Positions 36,301-48,740 of a DNA stretch of 64,000 nucleotides are shown piece by piece. Each line of letters opens with the position of its first letter. Within the stretch, counting starts at the first letter, position 1. The notes beneath the pieces are model-generated. The model was not told where the DNA came from, searched no databases, and worked only from the letters and a program-made list of their open reading frames with translations. The translations under genes were made by a program, and so were the position numbers. Source of the DNA: Haliotis rufescens (taxonomy: Eukaryota); contig NW_025963779.1 of assembly GCF_023055435.1 (NCBI RefSeq), positions 70,308,001 through 70,372,000 of the forward strand, given 5' to 3'.

Positions 36301-39295
36301 TTTGTTAATAAAAGGAAGTTGTGATAATTTGATCTCATGTAAATTCCCACCCAGTCTGGCTATACTTGAGTAAGTGCATGAAAGCAACTAGAATTAACCC
36401 AGCATGTTGACATTGTCTGTGGTTATTGTCTTGATGGTACTCAGTTGATTCCTAGCTAGCTATTCTGTTGCAATAGTTGTTTTTTTCTTGTAGAGGGTGG
36501 ATTAACGGCCTTGGCATTATAGGCAAGAGTCCAGGGGCGGCAGCTGTCATGCTTATTGTAGCCTTCTTTTTTTCCCTCAAAGCTGTTGCCTGCATGGTTA
36601 TGCTCATCAGGGTAGGTACAGGCCTTGACGCTACAGCTGGTTATGTGGACACCACACATGATCGCTCATATTCATACAATTGCTGTTGGGGTCTATGTCG
36701 GCAAAGGTGCTACAGAAATGTACCCCAGGTTTTGCTGTTTACACAAGTGTACCCCAGTTACTTTTCTGTACACACAAATGTACCCTACTTGATAGCATGT
36801 ACAACACTGGAGTCAGGATAAGTATATTTTCAGTATGTTTCAAGATGCATAGAAACTGGTTTCAATTTGCAGAAACATTATGTCTATGCTGTGAGTTCAC
36901 TGTTGATCTTTAATCCCCTACCAACCATGATTCATGTTTGCGGAACTGCCTCTGGGTCTGGTGTCTACCCGGAGAACAGAAAACCATTGGTTGCGAACTT
37001 CGCGCTGTCATACCAAAATACATTAAAAAATAGTACTTGTTGTTACCTAGTTTGGCACTCAGCATTAAGCATGTTAAGGTGATAAAATAAGGACTAGTCG
37101 GCTCTGAGTCTGTATACTGTGTCAAGAGTTTTGTATACATGTGGCATGCTATGTCAGTGGGCTAGCACTATAAAACCAGCATTAGTCCAGGCTTGTACAC
37201 ACAGACAGACATGGACACGCACAGAGGCAGACACGCTAGGAATCTTGGAGTGCAATAATTTTGGAACTTGACCTTAAACCTCATTTCAGTTTTCCAGGGA
37301 TTGTGTTGGTGCATGGTGAATAATAGACTCCCCCTGACTTAGCACTGTTAATATTGCCGCACTAGGTACATTTCTAGTTTGGACAGGGTACATTTGTGTG
37401 TAAGGTAGCTGGGGTACAGTTCTGAAGCACCTGTGCCACAAGGATTCATTGATATACCCATGTGCCAGAATAAGACTAACAATTGAAATGTAAGGAAATG
37501 AAGATAATTTTTTTACCTTTTCCTTTAAGGTATCCCTAAAGAAATGCAAATCACAGATGTGGTACTTTTAAAAAGATAACTTCGCTACATTCTGTCAATA
37601 TCATTATCAATGAATTGTTTGATAGGCATCACTTAGAAGTTGACGGATGACAAAGTAGAGACAATTTATAGATAACTTCTATATATACTGTAAAGGCGAC
37701 GTTTAGGTATAGATCCTGATACGGTTGTCAAGCTTGACAACAGTATCATAATCTATACCGCAACGTTGCCTTTACAGTAATTAAAGAAGTTGTAATCCAT
37801 AAATTGTCTCTACTTTGTCATTAGCAATAGCTGGTATTTGCACAAGTACTTGTATGAATCCATATTCTGGAGTTGTTCGTGGTTCTAGAGACAGTTTTGG
37901 TGATTGATTTTCACTGTTTTTGGTATGAGGGTGATTTGAATATTTACTTTTGATTTAGAATTGGGGGTCTAAATTAGTTTGAGTAGTTGAACGTCTCTAA
38001 ACATGCAAGTAGTCATTGAGGAGCATACTTAATTTGTATTTATCGATCCTGTCTGAAGAATGATATCGATTGACTAGAAACAGGGAGACTGGGGACTAAT
38101 TGTGGACTTGACAAGGACTTGCCCTTGTAGATGCATGTTAATTAACAGCATGCTAGCTGAATAGATAGTTATTTACTGAGAAACTACCTACTGTATGAGT
38201 AGAGTCAGGCATGCTTGATGTCGATGTTGTAGTGTTAGTATCACATGTCAAAGTAGTTCTGCATGTGTGTAACATATAGTAATGTTAGACTGTTTAGAGT
38301 ACATGCACATATTATTTTGAATGTAAACATTTCACTGGAACTCAGATACTGATAATACATATTCTGAATTATTGAAGAGAATCGGTGACTTACAACAAAC
38401 AGAACATCTTGTATCACTATTATTGGTGCCGAGTAATTTGAAAACTGATGAGAAAGAGGATTCGTTTTTTTAGAAGATAGCTGTTGGTATTCTCGGTCTA
38501 CTCCTTCACCGATTGTGTTGTGGTTATTGTACGCTATAGAGGTATTGGTAGTGTTCCTACACCCATTGAATGTTGATGTTGTTGATGCTTACAAGTGAAA
38601 TGCAAACACAAGTTCTTTTTCATGTTCCCTTTTAACACTATTTTTTACAATCATTTTCTTAAACTTACTAAACACGTTCATCCTTTTACCATTTCATGTT
38701 ACAGGTTTGTGAACATCTGATGCATAATCTCTTGTCACAAACTAAGGTTAAAAATAGTTGTATCCTGTCATGTGATCGTCACATGACAGGATGTTGTCAT
38801 TCTAAGCTTGTGTAAAGATGTAGGCAATATCTATTTTGTTAATAAAGGTGACAAAGTTTTCCTACTTTGTTGTTAAGACAAATATATTCCTATATATGCT
38901 ATCAGCTTGAGTATCTTCACATTGGTAATGATCTTGTGTTGTTCATGTTGTAAAATAATAATTGACTAAACTTAAGAATGAGAGAGGTTTGGGGCAAACT
39001 TTTCAGGCAGTGGAAAGTTTACTTCTGCTGTTATCTCAAAGCTGAAAATTCCCATTACTGTTAAAAACATACAATTTGAGGAATTCAGTGTGGAAATATG
39101 CTTTCAAATGACTCCTTTTGGTATTTTCAGGTACATAGGATCTATCGAAGCACTGGAGCCAGTTTCCAGAAGGCCCAGCAGGAATTTGCGACAGGCGTCA
39201 TGCGCAATGAAGCTGTACAGAACGTTGCCGCAAATGCCGCTTCTGGGGCTGCTCGGGGTGCTGCTCAGCAATATGGGTCTGGAAACCGATATTGA
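21334..39295 (+). CDS. SCAMP1: Secretory carrier-associated membrane protein (SCAMP), complete
   Basis: Exons 21334-21390, 27781-27894, 28572-28721, 29766-29832, 30201-30329, 34035-34194, 34854-34952, [35816-35933 or 36494-36611], 39131-39295. Contains three NPF motifs, PPPPY, a coiled coil ([19 protein letters not shown]), NNWPPLP, the E-peptide [18 protein letters not shown] and [19 protein letters not shown]. Confidence 0.95.
22406..22716. mobile_element. MITE (hAT-like) with subterminal ATCGAT-type repeats
   Basis: agggctggcta... / ...tagctcagccct termini; repeated atcgat/gataatcg motifs at both ends. Confidence 0.5.
27352..27527 (+). mobile_element. SINE family A copy
   Basis: ggtagcctagtggttaaagc...aaaccatactcactcactc, homologous to 13176-13341. 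Confidence 0.85.
27781..27894 (+). CDS. SCAMP1: SCAMP exon 2 (DPSVQQ...[11 protein letters not shown]...)
   Basis: ttccag| and |gtaact. Confidence 0.9.
28572..28721 (+). CDS. SCAMP1: SCAMP exon 3 (Pro-rich, PPPPY, ELQRRQE)
   Basis: cttcag| and |gtaggt. Confidence 0.9.
28925..29475 (+). mobile_element. Non-autonomous Helentron/HINE (DINE-like) element with about 3 internal 169-bp tandem repeats
   Basis: ggggatatag...ccgtccgtgtgtgcgtgcgt head followed by cgtttccggagc...-initiated units at about 28993, 29162 and 29331. Confidence 0.7.
29766..29832 (+). CDS. SCAMP1: SCAMP exon 4 ([22 protein letters not shown])
   Basis: tttcag| and |gtcagt. Confidence 0.9.
30201..30329 (+). CDS. SCAMP1: SCAMP exon 5 (RQNNWPPLP...PCFYQDF...YYLWM)
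   Basis: tttcag| and |gtaagt. Confidence 0.93.
30427..33144 (+). mobile_element. DIRS1-like tyrosine-recombinase retrotransposon, degenerate and internally deleted, in SCAMP intron 5
   Basis: Inverted termini (tatacttatcctgcattactccttaatgcatgttactgcttgttcttgaca / tgtcaagaacaagcagtaatatgcattaaagagtaatgcaggaaaagtata); ICR at about 32805-32890; frameshifted RT fragments [33 protein letters not shown] and [15 protein letters not shown]. Confidence 0.88.
34035..34194 (+). CDS. SCAMP1: SCAMP exon 6 (TM1-TM2, [10 protein letters not shown])
   Basis: ttccag| and |gtaggt. Confidence 0.93.
34854..34952 (+). CDS. SCAMP1: SCAMP exon 7 ([12 protein letters not shown]..., TM3)
   Basis: tttcag| and |gtaagt. 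Confidence 0.92.
35513..35793 (+). mobile_element. SINE family B copy immediately upstream of SCAMP exon 8A
   Basis: Homologous to 18209-18476; the tail ends about 22 nt before the acceptor. A partial copy also lies at about 34245-34445. Confidence 0.83.
35816..35933 (+). CDS. SCAMP1: SCAMP exon 8A (alternative TM4: [39 protein letters not shown])
   Basis: 118 nt, phase 2 to 0, tttcag| and |gtagag. Confidence 0.82.
36494..36611 (+). CDS. SCAMP1: SCAMP exon 8B (alternative TM4: [39 protein letters not shown])
   Basis: 118 nt, phase 2 to 0, ttgtag| and |gtaggt. Confidence 0.82.
37647..37821. repeat. 175-bp palindrome of a related family (degenerate hammerhead-like arms)
   Basis: Centre gttgtcaagcttgacaac; arms end atgacaaagtagagacaattta / taaattgtctctactttgtcat; shares the taaagaagt...tccataaatt tail with 1605-1777. 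Confidence 0.65.
39131..39295 (+). CDS. SCAMP1: SCAMP terminal coding exon ([24 protein letters not shown]...GNRY*)
   Basis: tttcag| acceptor, conserved peptide, TGA stop. Confidence 0.94.
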   Translation, partial: VHRIYRSTGASFQKAQQEFATGVMRNEAVQNVAANAASGAARGAAQQYGSGNRY

Positions 39296-42261
39296 GGATT
39301 GCAGCACTATGGAATATGCTCGCCCTACATCAGGAATGTGCAGTGGGAATTCTGTTTCACGGGTGAGACAGATATCCCTATACCTTGGATGGAGAATGTG
39401 AGAGTTCACACTATGGATCAATGTAATGGATTTTGTCAATCTTCTAATAGGACAGCTTCCCAAACGGTTGATGTTATTTGTTATTTTTTAATGTATTCCC
39501 CATCACCTAAAACAGTGTAGAACTCCACATGAGGGGAAATGACGGAACTGTGGATATCTCAGTAAAGAAGATTTGTTTTTAGAATCACCTACAATTCAGT
39601 ATAGTCCCATGCTGTATCTTCTCATAGGACAAGTTGGCTAAGCTTACATTGATATGATTCATGTCCACATTGTATTGGGTTAATCATACTTTAGGTGCTT
39701 GCAATATACTTACACACCCTGTTGCTATCAGGGTTTGAGAGATATATCAATCATACAGGGACCATTCCAAGAGGTATCAAATCAGCTAATGTTGATGCCT
39801 GTGTTTCTGCTACCATTTTCATAAAGCCCTTGGATCATTCATTCAGTGCTGTGTAGAATTGATAGCCCCTTTTGGTAGAAATAACTGTAAAGAATTAATA
39901 TAAATGGTAAAAATATGTCACATAGTTCAGGTAGTTACATAGAGAAAAATAAAGAGCATGCCTTCTTTTTATTTTGAATTTTTTCATAGACTTCTGTCTA
40001 GTCCATTCATGTATGATGAAGGGTTTTCATTACTGGCAAACGTTTGATCAAACTTTATCCTTTTATCAATATTTATTATCACATTAACAGAATTACACTT
40101 GTGACATGCACTGTTGTCACATCCGTGCATCATGCATGTATGCATTTACCTTACTCAATGCACCTGATTATATCAGCATATGGCTTATGGAAGACAATAA
40201 GTATTATTGATTGATATATAATCATGACCAGTCTTTTCTGTCTGTCAGAGATTATGAGAATTATTAATCTGATAAGAACACAAACAAAATTTCTTCATAC
40301 TGACAGTTTGATGTTTATTAGATTGTTGCTTTAAATTCCGAACATTTTGCATTTAGGATCAGCTTGATATGTCACATTGGGCAGGAACTGTTATAACAGC
40401 ATCAGTTTCCTTCAAACTCTCTATAATACGATTCTGTGAAAGTTTTATGTTATTGTTAGTTACATTTCTTCATTTCCATCATTGTAGATAGCACAATGTT
40501 TGACTTCAATGCATTATTTATTGTTTTTGATAGACAAACTATATTTTGTTTTGGTGTGTACCCTGTATTGGCTAACTTCTTAAAATGGTGACAGATAGCG
40601 ATGGTTGCAGAAGATGCTGTACTGTTGATGTTATTGAACCTATTGCAATATATGGGTGTGATGGAGAGTGAAACATTGGTACGAATCAAGTAATTGTGCA
40701 AGTACATATGAAAAGAGGAGCATTGTATATCTCTTGCCTATGTGTAAATTTTATCAAATATTTCAAGATAAATATTCTGTGGGAATGAACATGTTGTACT
40801 GTGCAAATGGACGTTGTCAACCACCAGGTGTAATTATTTGTCAGCATATGTTAAGAGGGCTAGCTTGTAGTGGTGTCATCATTGTTAAACTGCTAAATCA
40901 CTATTTGTAGTCCTTGCACAAGTAGGAAGTGATGGTTGTTACTGGCTCTGTCACACCAGCATGTTATTACAGGCCTTGACAGATCAGGTAAAGATCCAAT
41001 GGAACACAATTAGTGGAATGTGTTTGATGTAAATATACACTACCAACATTTAATACTGATCATTCTAACACTACAGCTGTGTCATAGACAAGTTTTCAAT
41101 TTGACACTTTGATGGAATAAAATAAATACCCATATTCCGATACCTGTTTGACATGTGTAAGGAAACTTTATAGCAGTCAAATGATATCTGTAAGAATTCT
41201 TTTTATCTGTGTATGCTGGTAATTTATTGATTGATTCTTGCTGATTGTATAAATTAATAGTTGGGTAGTGGTATTAAATACTTGAAGGCCTGTGGCTTTG
41301 ACACAGTAGATAGTGTAGAATAGTACTAAGCTGGTTGTAACGATCAAGATACTATCCAATTTTGACCTTGCAGTTGATCACCATGTAGAAAGTCTCTTTG
41401 AGGCGTTTGGGGTACTGAAATAAGTGGGCTCACCCAGTGTTTATTGTATATAGACATTCTTACCGTGTTACTTGTTGTTATGATTATCTTCATTCACAAG
41501 CTTTTCAAAGTGTGGTACAAGTTAGTGAGTACTTAAGGGTAGACATGCTTGTCGGTTTGCACGTCATTTGATCAATGAGGGAGTTGGCCATGGTCATGCT
41601 CTTGATGTTCATTGGCATCCTTTTAAGGAAAAATAGAAACATTAATTCATGAACATATGCACTTCCACATCCGAATAAGATAGACTAAAATGTAGTTTGA
41701 AAAAGATCCATGAAAGACTATGGTATGTGTGATATTAGCTTCCAATAATGAACTAGTTTTTAAACATTAAGAATAAACAGATGATTGTTTTTTACAGTAC
41801 AAATTGAATTTATTTAAAAGTCTGGTCTGAAGCTATTGTTGGCATAATGGTTTGAAACCAACATTGAAAATGAGAATGTGTTCAAGTTCTGTGGTTTGGC
41901 CAGCATTGTTGTGTCAAAGCTGTACAAATGCTGCTCCTCTGTGTCTATCATCATCCTCATGTTCGTTACCCTTGGTTCAAATCCTTAGATTCTGTCTGAA
42001 ATTATTCTCCTCTGCTTGTTGTTGGGTGCATGTACAAAATGTGTCCTGTAAAATATTCAGAATTGGTGAAATTTCTTTTGTGAAAAAGTGAAATATTATG
42101 TCAATAAATGAATAATGTGAGACTTCTTCTTGTTATATGTTTAGAGCAGAGGCTTAGTTTCTAATTTATTACCTGGAATAAGCTTTGTCAGTCTGTCTGT
42201 AGTATTCATTTGTTCATCTGATTGGTTTCGAGATCATGACTGAAATCATTCATGTCATTTG

Positions 42262-42476
42262 ACCGCCTCCGTGGTCTAGTGGTAGAGTGTCCGCCCGGGG
42301 AGGTTCAATCCCGGGCCGCGTCATACCAAAAGACGTAAAAAGATAGTACTTGTTGTTACCCTGTCTGGCGCTTGGCATTAAGGGGCTAAAACAAGGACTG
42401 ACCGGTTTGGAGTCTGTATACTGTATCTGAGTGGGGTATTCATGTTAAACTGCGGCATGGTATCTCAGAGCTATAA

Positions 42477-42518
<42 letters not shown>

Positions 42519-42567
42519 CTATATAAGTGCAATAATCTTGGATGCAATGTTAAATCCCATTTCACCT
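42262..42567 (+). mobile_element. tRNA-derived SINE family D with internal (CA)n microsatellite at about 42479-42514
   Basis: gtggtctagtggtagagtg..ggttcaatccc head, gtcataccaaaagac core; related copy at about 36985-37285. Confidence 0.75.
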
Positions 42568-43623
42568 CAGCTAAAGTCATACTCAATGTATACTTTTTCC
42601 TTGAGGTGGATGGCGCCCTGCTTTTAAAGGGTTTTAGTCAAGATTAGTCAAAGCTCAAGGTCATCATTCTGGTGTGTGTTATGTCATTGACAGTTTCTGA
42701 GGCATGGTTACCTCTGCAGATATGTTCCTTCATATTTTCTTTCTTAGCCATTCCTACTACATTGATGTCAAAGGTCAAGGTCACCTATGACATTGTGAAA
42801 AGTAAATGTATCATATTGTCAATTAAGATTATGAGCAGAATATCCTACAATGGACAAGACCAAGATAACTGGATTGCCACATGTCACAAAACGGTTGTGA
42901 TTAAACTTTCCTCAAAAATGTATTATTGCATTTTATTGATTAATCGTCAAACTTGGTACATGTCATGTAACAATGTCATGTCAAAAGACCTATAATATTA
43001 AAAATACATACTTGATTTACTTGAGACGGTAAATGAAACCTTTGCGTTTGCATATGGGTATTGTATACTATCCACTATCTGTAGTAAACTGAACAAGACC
43101 ATAAAGTCATCAATATCCCCCCGCCTTTTCAGATGTGCATAAATCAAACATTGTACATGTCATATACCTCATTATACGAAAAATGGTTTGTGAGTGCAAC
43201 TGACATGATCACCAAACTGCTAAATGAAACCCTCCTTGGAACCTTGGTTCAAATTGTTAACGCAAAAACTAAAAAAAACCACCACCTCAATAGCAAAACA
43301 CACAAATTCAGCATTTTATACAAGAAAAGGGAAACATGTTATACGTTTTGTTCTGGAAGCGATCCCTACCCTAAAGTGAAGTCCAGTCTTTTGCCCTGTA
43401 AACGCGTTTTTAAAAAATCCTGACAAGCACACAGCATAAGTTTAGTTGTGTGCCCGATGTGTATTGGGTGTTGTATGAAGAAATGTTGAATGGTTTATGA
43501 GTTATGCCCCAGAAACAAAATGTGACGAACAGACCACATTGTCCTCTGCAAAACTTTATTTGGGCGAGGCACAATAATAACTAACCATTAAAGTAAATGT
43601 ACATGTACACTTATGTATTTTAG

Positions 43624-44676
43624 TAGGAGAGCTGGTCAAAATGTTCTCAGCCTAACAAACAAAACCAACAATTGCAAAAGTGTTTTTAATTATATTGTTC
43701 AACAATATCTCCCTGCTTTTCAATACACTTTTCATATCAGTAGTGAAGCTTTTCAATTCAAGTCATGAAGACGTTTTCTGGAGCCCCCCTGCCTGGAAAA
43801 CCGATGGCAGCTTTGAGGTTATCGTTGTCGTCACAGCGCTTTCCACTAAGGTGTTTTAGTTTAGGAAACAGGTGGAAATGACTTGGTGCTAGGTCTGGCG
43901 AGTATGGAGGGTGAGGAAGCTCTTCGAACCCACATTTGCTATTCTGTGAAACGAGGCATTGTCATGAAGTAGTAGAACTCAGTCAGCACTCCTCGCCACT
44001 CTTCTTTGATAGAATCTCTCAGGCGATGAAGCAAATCAGCACAGTAGGCACCGGTAATGGTCTTTTAACTTTCTAAGTAATCAACAACGATTACACCCTT
44101 GAATCTTAGAATACAGTAGCAATAACTTTCTTCACTGATCTTGAAGACTTGAATGGTACCATTCCATAGATTGACGTTTTGACTCGTGATCATAGTGGTA
44201 GACCCATGTTTCATCACCCGTTACTAATCTCTATTTGAATTCCTCAATTAACTCTAAATGTTCTCTGACAATGTCAGTTCTTTTTTCCTTAAGATCAGAA
44301 TTTAGAAACTTTGGCACCCAACGAGCAGATATCTTATTCATCTGAAAATGTTTAGAATAATAGTTTCAGTGAATTCATGGCATAGACATGTGTCTTCCTC
44401 AAGTTCAGCAATGGTAATACGTCTATCTAACAGTTTTAGTTTTTCTATCTCCTTGATTGAATCTTCAATGATTGAAGTTGAGGGACAAACCATTCTCTAA
44501 AGTAACTCTATCATATTCAACTGGCTGTCAATAATATACAAACGGCCTCAATGGACCAAAATACGAACGGCCTCAATGGACCAAAAACACTTGCAATGAA
44601 CTACTCAAACTTTCACTTTCCTATGGCCCATAGTTGAAAGTTAGTCAGGCTTAGAACTTTTTTACCAGCCCTCGTA
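43624..44676 (-). mobile_element. Mariner (DD34D) transposon, degenerate
   Basis: TIRs taggagagctggtcaaaatgttctcagcctaac / reverse complement tacgagggctggtaaaaaagttctaagcctgac; minus-strand motifs ARWVPK, VTGDETWVYHYD and HPPYSPDLAPS(H)FHLF. Confidence 0.88.
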
Positions 44677-47268
44677 TACAGCCAATACGTGTAGGTATTT
44701 TCTTGCATCAAGATAACATATTTTTCAGGAACAGCTAAAACAGCAGATATTTAAAAAAAATTTAAATTATGAGCCTGAATTTTCTTTAAATAAAACACCT
44801 TGCAACAACGTCCTCTTTGTGGCAAACAATTTTATTTTCAACAGTCTGAAGCATAATTATTTTGTTCCATAATTTTTTACGATAATTTTTTATGACAAAA
44901 ACCCAGTCCACCCATCTGCACCTCCCGTAATGAAAGTTACTGCCAGATCGACGCCGGCCTCAGGTCAATAAAGGACGACCACGTCGACTATTATTTGTCT
45001 GACACTGACTTAACAGATCATGTGTAGGAATTTCTTCACCTGCATGTAAGTCAGAATCTGCGTTCACCTCTGCCACCCAATCTGCCCCGGCGATAGGATC
45101 TTCGTTTCTTCTAGCCGGACTGACGAAAAGATTCCTGAGAAGACTGACGCTTGTCGTACCCCCTACTTGGTTGGAAGGAATCCTTCCCGGAGGGAACAAA
45201 CTTCTTCTTAGGAGGCTGTTTATATGACGAGTCTTTCTGATCCCAGGAACGCTTCTGGGGATGGGAAGATCCATGTGCCTTGGCCGCTAGGTTGATAGGT
45301 GATACTTGAAAACGTTCCGTTGTATCTTGTCTGACCTCGTCTATGGCATGTCACAATTTGCCGTTGAATGTCTTGGGAGCAGAAATTGGTTGTGACATTT
45401 TCAACCTCTTGGTTTGGCTGGAAAAAGCCCTTAAACGAATCTGTACTAGTAGTCGTTGACGCTGAAGCTATAATAACTGTGAAGACATCCAGACTTGGCT
45501 GGAGAGTAAGTCTTTCTGCAATCTGACTATGGTGTCTAGCGGGCTGTGGATGAATCCGACTTGATCTCTCCGGGCATGCCTTCATATTGATGTCTGTAAT
45601 GGCGGAATGATGTGTCTGGTTCCGGCGACAAACCAGTTGATATAAGCGCCAATGTCCATTGAATATCTGCATGTCTGGATGCCATGGACAGGTCCTTAGC
45701 AGGTAACCTGACATTTGTATTAGGGTTGCGTACTTGCTTCGTCCAAAACTTTATGATCCGGAAGTCGAGAGTCACGAGTTTTAAACAACTACTGCTTCAA
45801 TGTAGGTAAGGGTAGCCATGCATTATCTCTGAGCTTGAGTAGATTTTCCGACGCCTGGTCTACCACCTTGCCTGCATAACTCGGCCACGGCAATGTCTGG
45901 TGGATGTGTTGAGATGATGTAGGAGCATGACATCCCCCGTATGCCCCCGTGTTCTGTCAACTGCTCGCACCACGCCTCCCCTGTACATATGACCTCTCTG
46001 CACCCCCAGCAGCTACTTTGAGGATCTCCCGTGATCATAAAACGACCACTCTTCTTGCAACCAGGAGTAGAGGGAGACTCCGTGACGACCTCACAAACAC
46101 ACCACACACCAGCTTACGTGAGTACGATCGTCATTCCAATTAGCAGCTTTTAATATTGACTTACTGTGTCTGTTTTCTGTAGAAAAATATAAGAATAATC
46201 TTAGACTAATGTCACTACTACCAAGTGCTAGATAGTTACAACTATAACAATAGATGTTGACTCTAGCACACAGAAAAGAAGTGAGATTCCCGCCAGTACG
46301 CACGTCATAGCTTGGTTTGCTATAGTGCTGTGTTGGGAACAACTAATTGTGTGATTGACAGTGAAGAGGGCGTCTGTTGAAAATCTAACCGAAAATTTTA
46401 GTTTGTGTGACTGAAGCCAAAATACAAGATTTATGGCAAAGATGTAATAGAGGTAGAGGATTCGCAAGAATTAGTAAGATTGCGCCAAATCATGTACGAA
46501 GCAAAGCCTTCAAAACTAGCACAAAATGGGGTAGAAGGGAACATGGCAAACTTCACAGACAGGTTCCTGCAAGACAGGTCGCTGTCAGTTTAAATAGAAA
46601 ACAATCAATCTGATCCTATGTCACTGGCCAAGGCAGCATTATAAGCCCAACCCTGTTTAACATCATGATCAATTACCTATTTGATCATGTCAACTCTCCT
46701 ACCCAAACTTCTAAATCCCCTGATGACGGAGCAATATGGATAAAACAGAGATATTTCACAAATCCGATAAAACCTCCAGTCAGCCCTGGACGGAGTAGAT
46801 CAATGGTGCAATAAATGGGGGTTCACCCTTTCAAGTGAAAAACCTGTGGGATTTCTATTCAAACGCAGGGGGAAAGATGCTATGATAGCCCATCTCTCCA
46901 TAAAAGGCAAACCAATCAAATTCGAAAATTCCGCAAAATTTCTAAAGATGATTCTTGATCAACACCTCACTTGGGGCAAACGTATAAAATATGTGGAAAA
47001 CAGGTGTCACAAAGACCTGAACGTATTGCGGGCAATTTCAGGCACAGCTTGGGACAATCAGGCACATCTTGGGACAATCAGCTGGACCTCTGCAAATCCT
47101 ATCAGATCAAAAGTAGACTGTGGCTGTGAGGCCTTTCACTTCCCATCAAATACTGTCTTGAGCCGCCTGACAGAATACAATGCAAAGCCCTAATGCTGGC
47201 CACAGGAGCAGCAACATGTAATAACTAGAAGTAACAGAAGTAGAAACAGGAGAACTCCCATTGTAACT

Positions 47269-47527
47269 TTGTTTGTTTGTATTTTTCTTGTTTAACGCCG
47301 CACCGTTTAGCTGACGGCGGTCTGTAAATATTCGAATATGGACCAGACAATCCAGTGATTGACATTATGAGCATCGATCCACGCAATTGGGATCGATGAC
47401 GTGATTTAACCAAGTCAGCGAGCCTGACCACCCGATCCCGTTAGTCACCTCTTACGACAAGCATAGTCGCCTTTTACGACAAGTATTGGTTGCTGAAGAC
47501 CTATTCTACCCCGGATCTTCACGGGTA
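47269..47527 (-). mobile_element. SINE family C ((AAAC)n tail) nested in the LINE
   Basis: 11-bp TSD ccattgtaact at 47258 and 47528; gacccgtgaaga...-type head. Confidence 0.88.
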
Positions 47528-47866
47528 CCATTGTAACTAAGAAGAGAGCAGGCAATATCATCGTACTGGGGACTAACATCAAACCCTTTGGTAAAAAAGA
47601 TATGGCAAGACAGAAACACCCGAGATGAAGCCCTAGCTCGGAAAATTCCCTCACAAAATCCATCTGGGATATTAGTACCTGAACAACTTTGATGACATTC
47701 AGCCACCAGAAAGTATCTACAAGGTCTTACATCCTCCCTAGACTTTAAAAACTCCCAAAGTTGACAATGCTTTAACATCAGAAGTCACTAAAAGAGAAAA
47801 CCCAACTCTGCTACGACCAAAAGCTATCAGTAAAATTCAAACTACCTCCGTCAGCTGGGCCTATAT

Positions 47867-48740
47867 AATACCGAACCGCAAAAGAAACGTCACCCCAAGT
47901 AACATGGCATGAAAAGTCAAATGAAATTTGATGATAAAACACGAAGCAGATGACAATAAAACCGATCTCCCAAATGGATCACTGCAACGGCCATGGTAAC
48001 CCGATGCACGTGAGTTCCGTGCAAATTGAATTGCACATGCGTTCCCCCATTTCTCTATAAAAGTCCACCCAGATCGGATAACATTCATTCGTTATTGAAT
48101 TGCTACCACATGCCAAGATTGACAAGAAATCAGCGACACCAAGCCCTTGGACGATGGTCCGAGCATCATGGTGTTGGTTGGAATTGGTCTTGCACTGAGG
48201 GTCGGCCCTGTCGTCTTCCAGAACATCGGTCCAGGGAGAGGCAATGGTGTCACAGCAGCTCGGTACATTGATCAAGTCATGAGACCACACGCATTCCTAA
48301 TTGGGCACGTCGCCGCAACCACGAGTTGTAGCATGATAACGCCCGTGCCCACAATGCGAGAGCAACAAGAGACTTCCTCCAGCGGAATGGCATAAGAACC
48401 ATGCAGTAACCTGCCCTCAGTCCCGATTTAAATCCCATTGAGCACCTGTGGGACGAGATTCAAAGACGGCTGAATGACGTCCGATCAAGGCCTCATCCTT
48501 TTCATGTATCGACGTTGCACGGCAGTTATCAATTCACATGGCGGACACACGAGATACTGACTTGAGATGCCATTTTCTCAGAGACAAGTGTTGTGTTTCA
48601 CTTTAAGAACATTTGACACTTTAATTTCAACCTTGATGATCAGTGAATATTCATCTTTTAAAATTATGTTTACAGTGTTTGGACAAATAAGGTTTCTCAT
48701 ATGTCTATCCATGGTGACGTTTCTTTTGCGGTTCAGTATA
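47867..48740 (+). mobile_element. Tc1 (DD34E) transposon, internally deleted, nested in the LINE
   Basis: TIRs (ta)ccgaaccgcaaaagaaacgtcacc / ggtgacgtttcttttgcggttcag(ta); MPRLTRNQRHQALG start, HDNARAH and PALSPDLNPIEHLWDEI. Confidence 0.9.
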
